From Clostridia bacterium (GTDB taxonomy: Bacteria; Bacillota; Clostridia; Christensenellales; Aristaeellaceae), in NCBI GenBank assembly GCA_045599485.1, contig JAZRWA010000115.1, positions 1 through 29,606 of the forward strand: a DNA stretch of 29,606 bases, given 5' to 3'. The translations under genes and the position numbers were made by a program. The stretch's first letter is position 1; each line of letters begins with the position of its first letter. Shown in pieces: positions 16,798 to 25,635 of the stretch. A model generated the notes under the pieces. It did no database searches. It was not told the DNA's origin and was given only the letters and a program-made list of their open reading frames with translations.

Positions 16798-19284
16798 ATG
16801 GAGGCCGTACCCGAGCAGCAGGATGCCCTTTTGACGGAGGCGGAAGCCCTGCAAATGGTCAACTGTCACACCGTCATCACCGTGCAGGATCTGATGCGCC
16901 CCGCCGAGGGCTTCCGTCAGGGGCACTTTGTGCAATTGCCCACGCTGGACGCCCCTTCCTACCGCACCAATGTACGCGACCTGGCCGAGGACCTCAAGAC
17001 CTGGAGCCGTGAAAAGGCCGATGTCTTCCTCTACACAGGCGGCGAGGCGCGCACCGGGCGACTGAAGGAAGCGCTGCAGGGGGTGGAATGGCATGAGGAT
17101 CCCACCGTGCGCTTTGACCCCGTCACGCTGCACCGCGGCTTCCTCCTCGGCTTCTGCGGACTGTATGTCATCAGCGATGCCGACATCTACGGCACAGTGC
17201 ACAAAAAGAGTGCCGTCAAAAGCAGCCTTTCCCAGCGCATCGGGGCCTTTACCGACCTCAAAGAGGGCGATTTTGTCGTTCACGAGGCGCATGGCGTGGG
17301 CATCTATCAGGGTGTACAGCGTGTGCAGAGCGAGGGCGCATGGCGTGATTATCTGGTCATCCAGTACCGCGGCACCGACCGGCTGTATGTGCCCACCGAT
17401 CAGTTTGACCGTGTGCAGAAATACATCGGCTCGCAGGAAACGCCGCCGCCCCTCAACTCCCTGTCCGGCGGCGAGTGGGAAAAGCAAAAGAGCCGTGTCA
17501 AGGCAGGGCTCAAAAAGCTGGCCTTCAATCTGGTCAAGCTCTATGCCGAGCGTGAAAAAACGCCCGGTCATGCCTTCTCGCCCGACAACACCTGGACGGG
17601 ACAGTTTTCCGATGCCTTCCCTTACGAATTGACCGATGATCAGGCGCGTGCCGTTGAGGATATCCGCCGTGACATGGAGGCCCCTCGCAACATGGACCGC
17701 CTGCTGTGCGGTGATGTGGGCTACGGCAAGACCGAGGTGGCCATGCGTGCCGCCTTCAAGGCGGTCTGCGACAGCAAGCAGGTGGCGCTGCTGGCGCCCA
17801 CCACCATTCTGGCACAGCAGCATTATTACACCTGTGTCAAACGCTTCAAGGATTTTCCCGTCACCATTGAGGTGCTGAGCCGCTTCCGCAGCCCCAAGGC
17901 GCAAAAGGAAGCGCTCATGAAGGCGGCCTCCGGCAAAGCCGATATCGTCATCGGCACGCACCGCCTGCTCAGCAAGGACGTGACCTTCAAGGATCTCGGC
18001 CTGCTCATCGTTGATGAGGAGCAGCGCTTTGGTGTGCAGCACAAGGAGCAGATCAAAAACTACAAAAAAACGGTGGATGTGCTCACCATGTCCGCCACAC
18101 CCATCCCCCGCACCCTGCACATGAGCATGGTGGGCGTGCGCGACATGAGCGTGCTGGAAACGCCGCCCGAGGACCGCGTCCCCGTACAGACCTACGTCAT
18201 CGACTACAACGAAAGCATCATCCGCGATGCCATCCTGCGTGAGATGGGCCGCGGCGGTCAGGTCTACTTCCTATACAACAGGGTCAGCGATATCGATCGT
18301 TTTGCGGGGCGCCTGCGCCAGCTGGTGCCGCAGGCACGCATCGTCATCGGGCACGGTCAGATGGCGGAACGCGATCTTGAGGATGTGATGCTGGATTTCT
18401 ACAGCGGCAAATACGATGTGCTGCTGTGCTCCACCATCATTGAAAACGGTCTGGATGTGCCCAACGCCAACACCATGATCGTCTATGATGCCGACCGTTT
18501 CGGTCTGAGCCAGCTGTATCAGCTGCGCGGGCGTGTGGGACGCTCCAACCGTGTGGCGTATGCCTATTTCACCGTGCGCCCCGGTGCCTCCATCAGCGAG
18601 ACCGCCGAAAAACGCCTGTCCGCCATCCGGGAGTTCACGCAGTTCGGTGCCGGCTTCCGCATCGCCATGCGCGATCTTGAGATCCGCGGCGCGGGCGACA
18701 TCTTCGGAGCCGAGCAGAGCGGTCACATCGCGGTCGTCGGCTATGACATGTACTGCCGTCTGATCGAGGAAGCCGTGCGTGAGGAGCAGGGCATTTCCAC
18801 CGAGCGTGAGCAGCTGGAGCCCCGCATCGACCTGCGCATCAACGCCTTCCTGCCCGAAAAATACATCAAAAGCGGCAGCCAGCGTGTTGAGGTCTACAAG
18901 CGCATTGCCGCCCTGCGCACCGAGGAGGAGCAGAGCGACATCGTGGACGAGCTGATCGACCGTTACGGCGATGTGCCCGATTCCGTCATGCGGCTGCTGG
19001 ACACCGCCCTTTTGCGCGCGCTGTGCGTGTATTTCGGCGTGCAGCTGGTGCAGCGGCAAAACAATCAGCTGTTCTTCCGCTTTGATATGCGCTACATTCC
19101 CGATGTGGCACAGATGAACCTCGCCATGGGGCCCAAGTGCCGCCTGCGCTTTTCACCCTCGCGCATTCCGGGGCTGATCCTGCCCCTCACCGCCAAGGAC
19201 AGCGATGAGGACGGTCTCGCCCTCGCCTGCCGCGAGCTGGGGCTCATCCGCGCCGCGATGGAAAAAGCCGACGAGGGGAAGTAA
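16798..19284 (+). CDS. mfd: Transcription-repair coupling factor Mfd, C-terminal segment (frame is open from 16729; first ATG at 16798)
   Basis: RNAP-interaction (CarD-like) motif [19 protein letters not shown]. Helicase motifs [35 protein letters not shown]. With the N-terminal segment it totals 1154 codons, a normal Mfd length. Confidence 0.92.
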   Translation: MEAVPEQQDALLTEAEALQMVNCHTVITVQDLMRPAEGFRQGHFVQLPTLDAPSYRTNVRDLAEDLKTWSREKADVFLYTGGEARTGRLKEALQGVEWHEDPTVRFDPVTLHRGFLLGFCGLYVISDADIYGTVHKKSAVKSSLSQRIGAFTDLKEGDFVVHEAHGVGIYQGVQRVQSEGAWRDYLVIQYRGTDRLYVPTDQFDRVQKYIGSQETPPPLNSLSGGEWEKQKSRVKAGLKKLAFNLVKLYAEREKTPGHAFSPDNTWTGQFSDAFPYELTDDQARAVEDIRRDMEAPRNMDRLLCGDVGYGKTEVAMRAAFKAVCDSKQVALLAPTTILAQQHYYTCVKRFKDFPVTIEVLSRFRSPKAQKEALMKAASGKADIVIGTHRLLSKDVTFKDLGLLIVDEEQRFGVQHKEQIKNYKKTVDVLTMSATPIPRTLHMSMVGVRDMSVLETPPEDRVPVQTYVIDYNESIIRDAILREMGRGGQVYFLYNRVSDIDRFAGRLRQLVPQARIVIGHGQMAERDLEDVMLDFYSGKYDVLLCSTIIENGLDVPNANTMIVYDADRFGLSQLYQLRGRVGRSNRVAYAYFTVRPGASISETAEKRLSAIREFTQFGAGFRIAMRDLEIRGAGDIFGAEQSGHIAVVGYDMYCRLIEEAVREEQGISTEREQLEPRIDLRINAFLPEKYIKSGSQRVEVYKRIAALRTEEEQSDIVDELIDRYGDVPDSVMRLLDTALLRALCVYFGVQLVQRQNNQLFFRFDMRYIPDVAQMNLAMGPKCRLRFSPSRIPGLILPLTAKDSDEDGLALACRELGLIRAAMEKADEGK

Positions 19285-19288
19285 GCCG

Positions 19289-19330
19289 TTGGGAACCACC
19301 CTTTTTGAAGCCAAAAAGGGCGGTTCCCAA
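19289..19330. repeat. Two-tier palindromic hairpin immediately after the mfd stop (probable terminator; member of the hairpin family)
   Basis: Outer stem ttgggaacc/ggttcccaa, inner stem cccttttt/aaaaaggg. Starts 4 nt after TAA. Confidence 0.55.
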
Positions 19331-19526
19331 GCCCTCCGCAAAAAAGCAGTTTTATGTTTGTAACTTTGCACCCTCGCTTCGGTGAAGGGAAATGAGCATA
19401 CCACGATTTCGGTTTTTCTCCCATGGCCTTTCATGGTCCTGTATGACCCCATACAAAAAGCACCCTTGCGCTGATGAGATTCTACCTTCAGCATCACAAG
19501 GGTGCTGCTCCTTTTAATTAAAATTC

Positions 19527-19592
19527 GCCCTTTCTCGGAAGGGGTCAAAGGGGGAAACCATGCTTTCCGGCTTCGGAAAGCGTGGTTTCCCC
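19527..19592 (+). repeat. Conserved structured intergenic element, copy A (small hairpin + GTCAAAG linker + two-tier long hairpin)
   Basis: gccctttctcggaaggggtcaaag + ggggaaacca-tg-ctttccg-gctt-cggaaag-cg-tggtttcccc. Aligns with copies at 23253 and 29436. Confidence 0.7.
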
Positions 19593-19617
19593 TTTATTAT
19601 TCTCCCCTTTATTATTC

Positions 19618-19980
19618 TCACCGTCCCAGCGCGCGCACTTCCTTCAGCAGCTCGTCCCGCAGCTGCGCCGCCGACCATCGGCAGTTATAGGGCGTCAGCA
19701 CGGCCCGGAGCCGCGGCGGCTCCATGCCCTTTTCCCGCAGCAGCGCAAACAGCCTTGCCGTCATGGGCTGATCAAAATACGCCATCACCAGCAGCGGCTC
19801 GCTAAACGCCGGCCGCGCCTTGGGCGCGGGCAAGCCCTTCATGCCGCACAAAACGCCAAGTGCCGTCTGCTGTTCCTTTTCTGCGGCGGTCTTCATTTCA
19901 ACGCCCATTTCCTTAAGTGCCGCGGCGCAGATCCCCTGCTCCGTCAGCGAAAAACCAAAGCACACCGCCAGCGGCTTCAT
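19618..19980 (-). CDS. Small conserved hypothetical protein, DUF3783-like (120 aa)
   Basis: ATG after GGAGGAA. C-terminal LTPYNCRWSAAQLRDELLKE resembles the DUF3783 signature as I recall it. The family call is tentative. Confidence 0.55.
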   Translation of the reverse strand: MKPLAVCFGFSLTEQGICAAALKEMGVEMKTAAEKEQQTALGVLCGMKGLPAPKARPAFSEPLLVMAYFDQPMTARLFALLREKGMEPPRLRAVLTPYNCRWSAAQLRDELLKEVRALGR

Positions 19981-19996
19981 ACCACATTTCCTCCGT

Positions 19997-20036
19997 CCAA
20001 AAACGGGAAGGCGGCGCCTGCCGTATCTTCCCGTTT
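19997..20036 (-). terminator. Rho-independent terminator after the phosphodiester glycosidase gene
   Basis: Minus strand stem aaacgggaag/cttcccgttt followed by a T-run, just upstream of the DUF3783 RBS. Confidence 0.55.
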
Positions 20037-20041
20037 GTTTT

Positions 20042-20914
20042 TTAATTCAGTTCCTTGATGATGATCACATCGTACAGGCTGCGTCCGCCCTCATAGGGGT
20101 TGGAGACCACCTTGCCGTTGAACCACATCAGGGCCGACTGGCCGCCGTCGAGGTTATAGGCCGCGGTGCAGCCCAGCGTTTCAATGAAGGCGCCCAGCTC
20201 CTTCATTTTCATGCCCGTGTTCTTTTTGCCGCTTTCCAGCTGGCTGGCCGTGCTGCGGCCGTCCACCTGCACCAGGCAGTAATGGCCGGGCTCATAGTAG
20301 CCGATGACCGCACGCGGATTGGCGGGGCCCACATTGGTATTATAGGAAGAAAGGGCGTGACCGTTTGCATCCAGCAGAGAGGGACCAAACAGGAAGCTCT
20401 GCCAGATCACATCCGCCTCGGCTTCCAGCTGTTTGGTGGTGACCTTGCCGGCGGGATAGACCTTCATTTCACCGTTTCGGTACATCACCATCAGGTCACG
20501 CGTTTTGTTGGAGCTCTTGCGCAGCATCTTGCCGTTGGCAAACGCCCAGCCGGCATCCAGATGCGCGCCGTTATCGCCCGTCAGCGCCAGGATGGCGTTG
20601 TTGTTGGCGGCAATGGTGGCCACGCGCTGCTGCGAACCTCTCCATTTGTTGCTCGACAGGCCGCGCTGCAGGTTTTCGGTGGAGCGCACATAGATATCCG
20701 CAATATACACATCGCTGTTGTACGCGCGCATGGTGGAGATCTGAATGCACACTTCATCGCTCTGATAGGAGCGGTCCGTCACATAGGGCTCTTCGCCGGG
20801 CAGCAGAAAATAGCTTTCGAACTTTTCGGAAAAATCACCGAATTCCGCCATCGCCTCAGCACCGCAGCACAGCAGCAGCACAAGGCTCAGCAGCAGCGCC
20901 GTCAGCCGTTTCAT
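20042..20914 (-). CDS. Secreted phosphodiester glycosidase family protein (NAGPA/DUF2233 domain, 290 aa)
   Basis: Signal peptide MKRLTALLLSLVLLLCCGAEA. Motifs ALTGDNG and AYNLDGGQSALMWFNGKVV, typical of the family. ATGA overlap with the upstream gene. Confidence 0.7.
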   Translation of the reverse strand: MKRLTALLLSLVLLLCCGAEAMAEFGDFSEKFESYFLLPGEEPYVTDRSYQSDEVCIQISTMRAYNSDVYIADIYVRSTENLQRGLSSNKWRGSQQRVATIAANNNAILALTGDNGAHLDAGWAFANGKMLRKSSNKTRDLMVMYRNGEMKVYPAGKVTTKQLEAEADVIWQSFLFGPSLLDANGHALSSYNTNVGPANPRAVIGYYEPGHYCLVQVDGRSTASQLESGKKNTGMKMKELGAFIETLGCTAAYNLDGGQSALMWFNGKVVSNPYEGGRSLYDVIIIKELN

Positions 20915-21219
20915 ACTTCTTCCTCCCCGGCTTTTGCGGAAGAGGAAAAGTTGGTGCGCACAACCTCCAGCAGGGCGTCCATCAGCTCGGGCTCCACCGC
21001 CTCAAAGGTCTCGATCTCTTCGCCTTCCTCATCCACGCCCTCGGTCACCTTCATCACATAAAAGGTCACCTCGTCCAGGTTGGGGTTGACGCGGTCGGTA
21101 TCGTCGCTGAGCAGCACATACTCCTCGCCGTTGTAATAGAAATAACGGTTCACGCGCAGAAGCTGGCTGTTGCCTTCCTCATCCACGCCTTCCACCAGGT
21201 CAAATTCTTCATTTTCCAT
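20911..21219 (-). CDS. DUF1292-family acidic small protein (102 aa)
   Basis: Acidic sequence with the pattern EFDLV..DEEGN...YFYYNGEEYVLL...DEV.FYV...EEGEEIETFEAVE. ATG 21219 follows AAAGGATGG. Confidence 0.65.
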   Translation of the reverse strand: MENEEFDLVEGVDEEGNSQLLRVNRYFYYNGEEYVLLSDDTDRVNPNLDEVTFYVMKVTEGVDEEGEEIETFEAVEPELMDALLEVVRTNFSSSAKAGEEEV

Positions 21220-21257
21220 CGTTCTGTTCCATCCTTTCATTTGCTTTGCGCGCAGTT

Positions 21258-21286
21258 ATTATAGCAGAGAGCGCTTCAATTATCAA
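21258..21286 (-). promoter_or_regulatory. Sigma-70-type promoter for the DUF1292 / glycosidase operon
   Basis: Minus strand TTGATA (21286-21281), 17 nt, TATAAT (21263-21258). Confidence 0.6.
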
Positions 21287-21418
21287 TCAGCCGCCCCAAC
21301 TTTTACATCCTGCCCAGGGTTGTTCGCCGCTTCTGGTACAAATTCCGCCATTATTCGCAATGTATGTATATTTCCCAAATGTTTTGCATAATTATCGCAA
21401 TTATTTGCATTTTTATGC

Positions 21419-21447
21419 TTGACAAGTGTATATTTATGCATTATACT
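21419..21447 (+). promoter_or_regulatory. Sigma-70-type promoter for the C69 dipeptidase gene
   Basis: TTGACA (21419-21424), 17 nt, TATACT (21442-21447). Confidence 0.65.
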
Positions 21448-21492
21448 ATGCACCGTCACCAACAAGTGATCACCCGAAAGGAGTACATGAAA

Positions 21493-23085
21493 ATGAAAAA
21501 GAACCTGATCGCCTTTATCGCCTCCCTCATCGCCGTCATCATGACGCTCTCCTCCGCCAGTGCCTGCACCGCTTTCTATGCCGGTTCCGATATGACCGCC
21601 GATGGCAAAACCCTTTTCGCCCGCAGCGAGGACCTTTCCAACAGCTACAACAAGATGCAGTTTGTAGCCGAGCCCGGTGTCCACAAGGCCGGTGAGGAAT
21701 ACGCCGGCTGCTACGGCTTCACCTACACCTTCACCCATGATTCCTACGGCTACACCGCCTTCCAGGATGACAACATGGAAGCCAAGGATTATGAGTGTCC
21801 CGATTGCGGCAGCACCCATCTCCACACCCCCTATCAGGCGGCTGGCACCAATGAAATGGGTGTCAGCATGAGCGCCACCGAGACCCTGTACGGCTGCAGC
21901 GCCGTCATCGACGCCGATCCCTTTGAGGATGCAGGCATCGAAGAAGCCGAAATCCCCACCGTCATCCTGAGCGAAGCCGCCACCGCCAAGGAAGGCGTCG
22001 ATCTGCTGCTCAAGATCTACGATGAAGCGGGCTGCAACAACGGCTCCGGCATCTTCATCGCCGACAAGGACGAGGTGTGGTACATCGAAAACACCACCGG
22101 CCACCAGTATGTTGCCGTCAAGCTGCCCTCCACCCTCGTCTTCCCCGAGCCCAACATGTCCGTCATCGGCCTGATCGATCTGGATGACGACAACGTGATC
22201 GCCTCCCCCAAGCTGATCGAGATCGCCAAGGCCGCCGGCACCTACGTGGGTGACGAAGAAGCCAACACCATCGATTTCTGCGCCTCCTACTTCCAGGGTC
22301 AGGGCCAGGCCTCCCGTATGACGCAGGCCCTCAACTACCTCAACGGTGTCGATACCTTCACCAATGACGAAGGCAGCTATGACGCTTCCGCCTATGTGAT
22401 GTCCAACGTGGCCGCCGATGGCAGCATCGTGGCCCTGTACAACGCCATCACCCCCACGCACAAGCTGACCGTGGCCGATGTGATCGGTTACTACCATCTG
22501 GATACCATCGGCAAGCCCGGCAACCTCGAAACGCACATCTTCCAGCTGACCCCCGGCGGTGACAAGCTCTATGATGTGGTCGAATGGGTCGCCATCGATG
22601 ACGCCGCCATCAACGTGTTCGTGCCCTACCTGCCCATGCTGACCACCGGCTATGACGCCTCCCTGCAGCTTTCCACCCTGGCCGCCAACTTCGTGACCGA
22701 AGAGCCCACCGAGGGTCTGTACTTCCCCACCACCAAGAACATGCGCATCGATGGTCAGCGCGTTCCCGTTCAGGGCTTCATGGTTTTGCCTGAAAACTGG
22801 GCCGATTCCTTCTACTGGTCCGTGGATGCCGTTTCCAACCTGTGCACGTACGCCGATGTGGACGAAGTGCTGAAGGCCTCCATCCTAGGCGGTCTGGATG
22901 ACGTTCAGACCCAGATCTACAACGACTTCTACGCCGAGGACGGCGTGCTCGCCGGTCTCAAGGTCCTCGTGGACAGCGGCGACATCGATACCGCCAAAGC
23001 CACTGCCACCGCCTACAGCGCCGAAATCGCCGCCGCTGTGCATGACTTCATGGTCACCTGCGCGCTGACCATCGTCGCCGAATAA
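21493..23085 (+). CDS. Secreted peptidase family C69 dipeptidase (Ntn-hydrolase, about 530 aa)
   Basis: Signal peptide ...LSSASA, then the nucleophile Cys in CTAFYAGSDMTADGKTLFARSED. ATG 21493 lies 9 nt after AAAGGAG (ATG 21487 is also possible). The track ORF start at 21364 lies inside the promoter. Confidence 0.8.
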   Translation: MKKNLIAFIASLIAVIMTLSSASACTAFYAGSDMTADGKTLFARSEDLSNSYNKMQFVAEPGVHKAGEEYAGCYGFTYTFTHDSYGYTAFQDDNMEAKDYECPDCGSTHLHTPYQAAGTNEMGVSMSATETLYGCSAVIDADPFEDAGIEEAEIPTVILSEAATAKEGVDLLLKIYDEAGCNNGSGIFIADKDEVWYIENTTGHQYVAVKLPSTLVFPEPNMSVIGLIDLDDDNVIASPKLIEIAKAAGTYVGDEEANTIDFCASYFQGQGQASRMTQALNYLNGVDTFTNDEGSYDASAYVMSNVAADGSIVALYNAITPTHKLTVADVIGYYHLDTIGKPGNLETHIFQLTPGGDKLYDVVEWVAIDDAAINVFVPYLPMLTTGYDASLQLSTLAANFVTEEPTEGLYFPTTKNMRIDGQRVPVQGFMVLPENWADSFYWSVDAVSNLCTYADVDEVLKASILGGLDDVQTQIYNDFYAEDGVLAGLKVLVDSGDIDTAKATATAYSAEIAAAVHDFMVTCALTIVAE

Positions 23086-23100
23086 CAACCAGGAATTTCT

Positions 23101-23146
23101 GCAGGGGAAACCTCCTTTCCACAGCCGGAAAGCAGGTTTCCCCTGC
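23101..23146. repeat. Two-tier palindromic hairpin 15 nt after the C69 stop (probable terminator; hairpin family member)
   Basis: gcaggggaaacc-tc-ctttcc-acagcc-ggaaag-ca-ggtttcccctgc. Confidence 0.55.
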
Positions 23147-23252
23147 TCCCTTTCCCGGAAAGAGCCGTTTTCGACTCCTCGTACTACACCCCTGCACTGC
23201 CGCTCAGTCATTTTGTCCGACAGTGCAGGATGAAATAAAACAACACCCTTCC

Positions 23253-23323
23253 GCCTTTTCTCAGTAAAGGGGTAAAAGGGGGAGAGGCATGCTTTTCGGC
23301 ATCGAAAAGCGTACCTCTCCCCC
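23253..23323 (+). repeat. Conserved structured intergenic element, copy B
   Basis: gccttttctcagtaaaggggtaaaag + gggggagagg-catg-cttttcg-gcat-cgaaaag-cgta-cctctccccc. Outer-stem sequence differs from copy A with compensatory changes. Confidence 0.7.
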
Positions 23324-23335
23324 TTAAAAGCCCTA

Positions 23336-25519
23336 TCAGACCGGCAGCTCGGTCAGCCGCAGCGCCAGCGCGGTGTAGCGGCGGGCAATGTGGTTGTTAT
23401 TCACCATCGCGGCCACACAGTCCTCCCGCCCGGCCAGCACCACCAGCTCCCGCGCGCGGGTCAGGGCGGTATAGAACAGGTTGCGGGTCAAAAGCATCGG
23501 CGGACCGCCGGTGCAGGGCATTACCACGCAGGTAAACTCGCTGCCCTGGCTCTTGTGCACCGACAGGCAATAAGCCAATTCCAGCTCCTCGGTCAGCGTG
23601 GCGTCATAATCCGCCCGCCGTCCGTCGTCAAACAGCACGGTCAGCTCCTTTTCCTCCGGATCGACGCTCTCGATCACACCCATATCGCCGTTGAACACGC
23701 CCTTGCCCTCGCCGGCGCCGTACCATTCCAGCTGATAGTTGTTGTGGATATGCATCACCTTGTCGCCTTCGCGAAAGAGCCTTTCCCCCAGCTGCAGCTC
23801 CCTTTTTTGGCGGGAGGGCGGGTTCAGCGCCTGCTGCAGAAGGACATTGAGCTGATTGACGCCGCACGGTCCCTTTCGCTGGGGTGACAAGACCTGAATG
23901 ACCCTCGCGGGCTCCCCGGTCTTGAGGTAGGCAGGCAGGCGCTTCAGGCACAACTCGACCACACGCCGTGCCGTTTCCTCGGGATATGCCACGCGCTCCA
24001 TAAAAAAGTTGCCGTCCCGACGGTTGACCTGCGGCATCTCACCGCGGTTGATAGCATGGGCGTTGCGCACGATCAGGCTGCTTTCGGCCTGACGGAAGAT
24101 CTCTGTCAGGCGCACCGAGGGGATCACACCGCTTTTGAGCATATCTCCCAGCACATTGCCCGCGCCCACCGAGGGCAGCTGGTCGGCGTCTCCCACCATG
24201 ATCAGCTTGGCGCCCTGCGGCAGCGCGCGCAAAAAAGCGCGCATCAGATACACATCCACCATGGACATCTCGTCCACAATGAGGCAGCTGCACTCCAGCG
24301 GCTCCTCTTCATCGTGCCCGAACTGACCGTCCTCGCCGCCGTAGCCCAGCAGGCGGTGCAGCGTCTGCGCCTCCTTGCCGGTGGCCTCGCTCATACGCTT
24401 GGCGGCACGCCCCGTGGGCGCCGCCAGCAGCACGCCGTCACTGTCCAGCAGGGACAAAATGCAATTGATAATGGTCGTTTTGCCCGTGCCCGGGCCGCCC
24501 GTGATGACCAGCAGACCGCTTTCCACCGCGGTGACGATGGCCTTTTTCTGCGTATCGGAAAACTGCATGCGGTGCTGCCGCTCATAATCGGCAATACGGC
24601 GGTCGGCATCCTTTACCCGGGTGCGCACGCCCCCCGCCCGCAGCTCCAGCAGACGGCGGGCAATGTCCGTTTCGGCATGCCACAGCTGCGGCAAAAAGAC
24701 CGCCGCCGTGCCGTCGATCAGATAGCTGCGCAGCTTGCGGCTCAGCAGCAGCTGCGTCAGGTGCTGCTCCAGCCGGGTGCCCTCCACCCGCAGCAGCTCG
24801 CCGGCCGTTTTCAGCAGCTCCGCCTGCGGCAGATAGGTATGCCCCGCCGAGACCGAGGCATCCTGCAGCGCGTAGATCAGCCCCGCGCTGAGCCGCTCCG
24901 GGCTGTCGGGCTCCATGCCCATGGCCAGGGCGATGCGGTCCGCCGTCAGAAAGCCGATGCCCGCCACATCCTCCACCAGCCGGTAGGGATTGGCACGCAC
25001 AATGTCCGCCGCCTGCGCGCCATAGGTACGGGCAATGCGCATGGCCATGGAAGCCGATACGCCGTAGCCCTGCAAAAAGACCATCACCTGCCGTGTGGCA
25101 TACTGCTCCTGAAAGGAGGCGGCGATGCGGGCGGCGCGCTTGGCGCCGATGCCCGTCACCTCAATGAGCCGCTCGGGGTGCTCGCTCATCACATCCAGCG
25201 TTTTCAGCCCAAACTCCTGCACGATCAGGCGCGCGGTGGAAGGTCCCACGCCGCTGATGAGCCCCGAGCCCAGGTATTTTTCAATGCCCGTCAGCGTGGA
25301 GGGCGCTTCCACCTCGCACGACGCGGCCTTGAACTGCCTGCCGTACTGCGGATGCACCATCCACTCTCCCTGAAAGACTGCCTTTTCGCCGTCCGCCAGC
25401 TCAGGCAGCACACCGATGACCGTCACCTCGCTGCGGTCGGCACGCACCGTCAGCACGGTGTAGCCGTTATCGGGATTCCGGAAGGTGACAGCGCGCACCG
25501 TTCCCTTCAGTTCTTCCAT
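23336..25519 (-). CDS. recD2: RecD2-type SF1B ATP-dependent DNA helicase (727 aa)
   Basis: ITGGPGTGKTT, APTGRAAKRM, LIVDEMSMVD, VGDADQLPSVGAGN, SVHKSQGSEF. ATG 25519 follows AAGGGAGG and overlaps a TGA (TGATG) that closes the read-through frame of the upstream gene. Confidence 0.9.
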   Translation of the reverse strand: MEELKGTVRAVTFRNPDNGYTVLTVRADRSEVTVIGVLPELADGEKAVFQGEWMVHPQYGRQFKAASCEVEAPSTLTGIEKYLGSGLISGVGPSTARLIVQEFGLKTLDVMSEHPERLIEVTGIGAKRAARIAASFQEQYATRQVMVFLQGYGVSASMAMRIARTYGAQAADIVRANPYRLVEDVAGIGFLTADRIALAMGMEPDSPERLSAGLIYALQDASVSAGHTYLPQAELLKTAGELLRVEGTRLEQHLTQLLLSRKLRSYLIDGTAAVFLPQLWHAETDIARRLLELRAGGVRTRVKDADRRIADYERQHRMQFSDTQKKAIVTAVESGLLVITGGPGTGKTTIINCILSLLDSDGVLLAAPTGRAAKRMSEATGKEAQTLHRLLGYGGEDGQFGHDEEEPLECSCLIVDEMSMVDVYLMRAFLRALPQGAKLIMVGDADQLPSVGAGNVLGDMLKSGVIPSVRLTEIFRQAESSLIVRNAHAINRGEMPQVNRRDGNFFMERVAYPEETARRVVELCLKRLPAYLKTGEPARVIQVLSPQRKGPCGVNQLNVLLQQALNPPSRQKRELQLGERLFREGDKVMHIHNNYQLEWYGAGEGKGVFNGDMGVIESVDPEEKELTVLFDDGRRADYDATLTEELELAYCLSVHKSQGSEFTCVVMPCTGGPPMLLTRNLFYTALTRARELVVLAGREDCVAAMVNNNHIARRYTALALRLTELPV

Positions 25520-25635
25520 CAGCGCCCGCCTCCCTTCTCCCACAGTCCGTAGCGGCTGCTGTCCTTGAGCGCCGTCAGCAAATACTCTCTCAATTGCGGA
25601 TACCGCCCGGACAGCTCGTCCAGCAGCTCCTTCAT
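25519..25635 (-). other. Open in-frame continuation (38 codons) of the ttcA-like gene beyond its TAG: MKELLDELSGRYPQLREYLLTALKDSSRYGLWEKGGGR*
   Basis: Hand translation of the minus strand. The codon after TAG (25638-25636) is in the same frame. No stop occurs until TGA 25521-25519, which overlaps the recD2 ATG. Confidence 0.6.

Noticed and set aside
15700-18120. 806-aa minus-strand ORF opposite mfd. Similar long antisense ORFs: 329..1408, 5654..6796, 6537..8138, 8506..9621, 9874..10710, 19820..21061, 21283..22536, 24056..25552, 26382..27599, 28170..29408.
   Set aside because: Each one fully overlaps a gene with clear family motifs on the other strand. Their translations are Gly/Ala/His/Arg-rich with no motifs and no RBS. 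They are high-GC shadow ORFs.
15820-19284. mfd split, considered as a frameshift, an insertion-disrupted gene, or a natural two-gene fission
   Set aside because: Both halves are in the same frame, separated only by one TAG. The 69 nt after it are open and have no start codon or RBS, and no foreign DNA is inserted. Frameshift and fission models do not fit. Point nonsense versus decoded TAG remains open.
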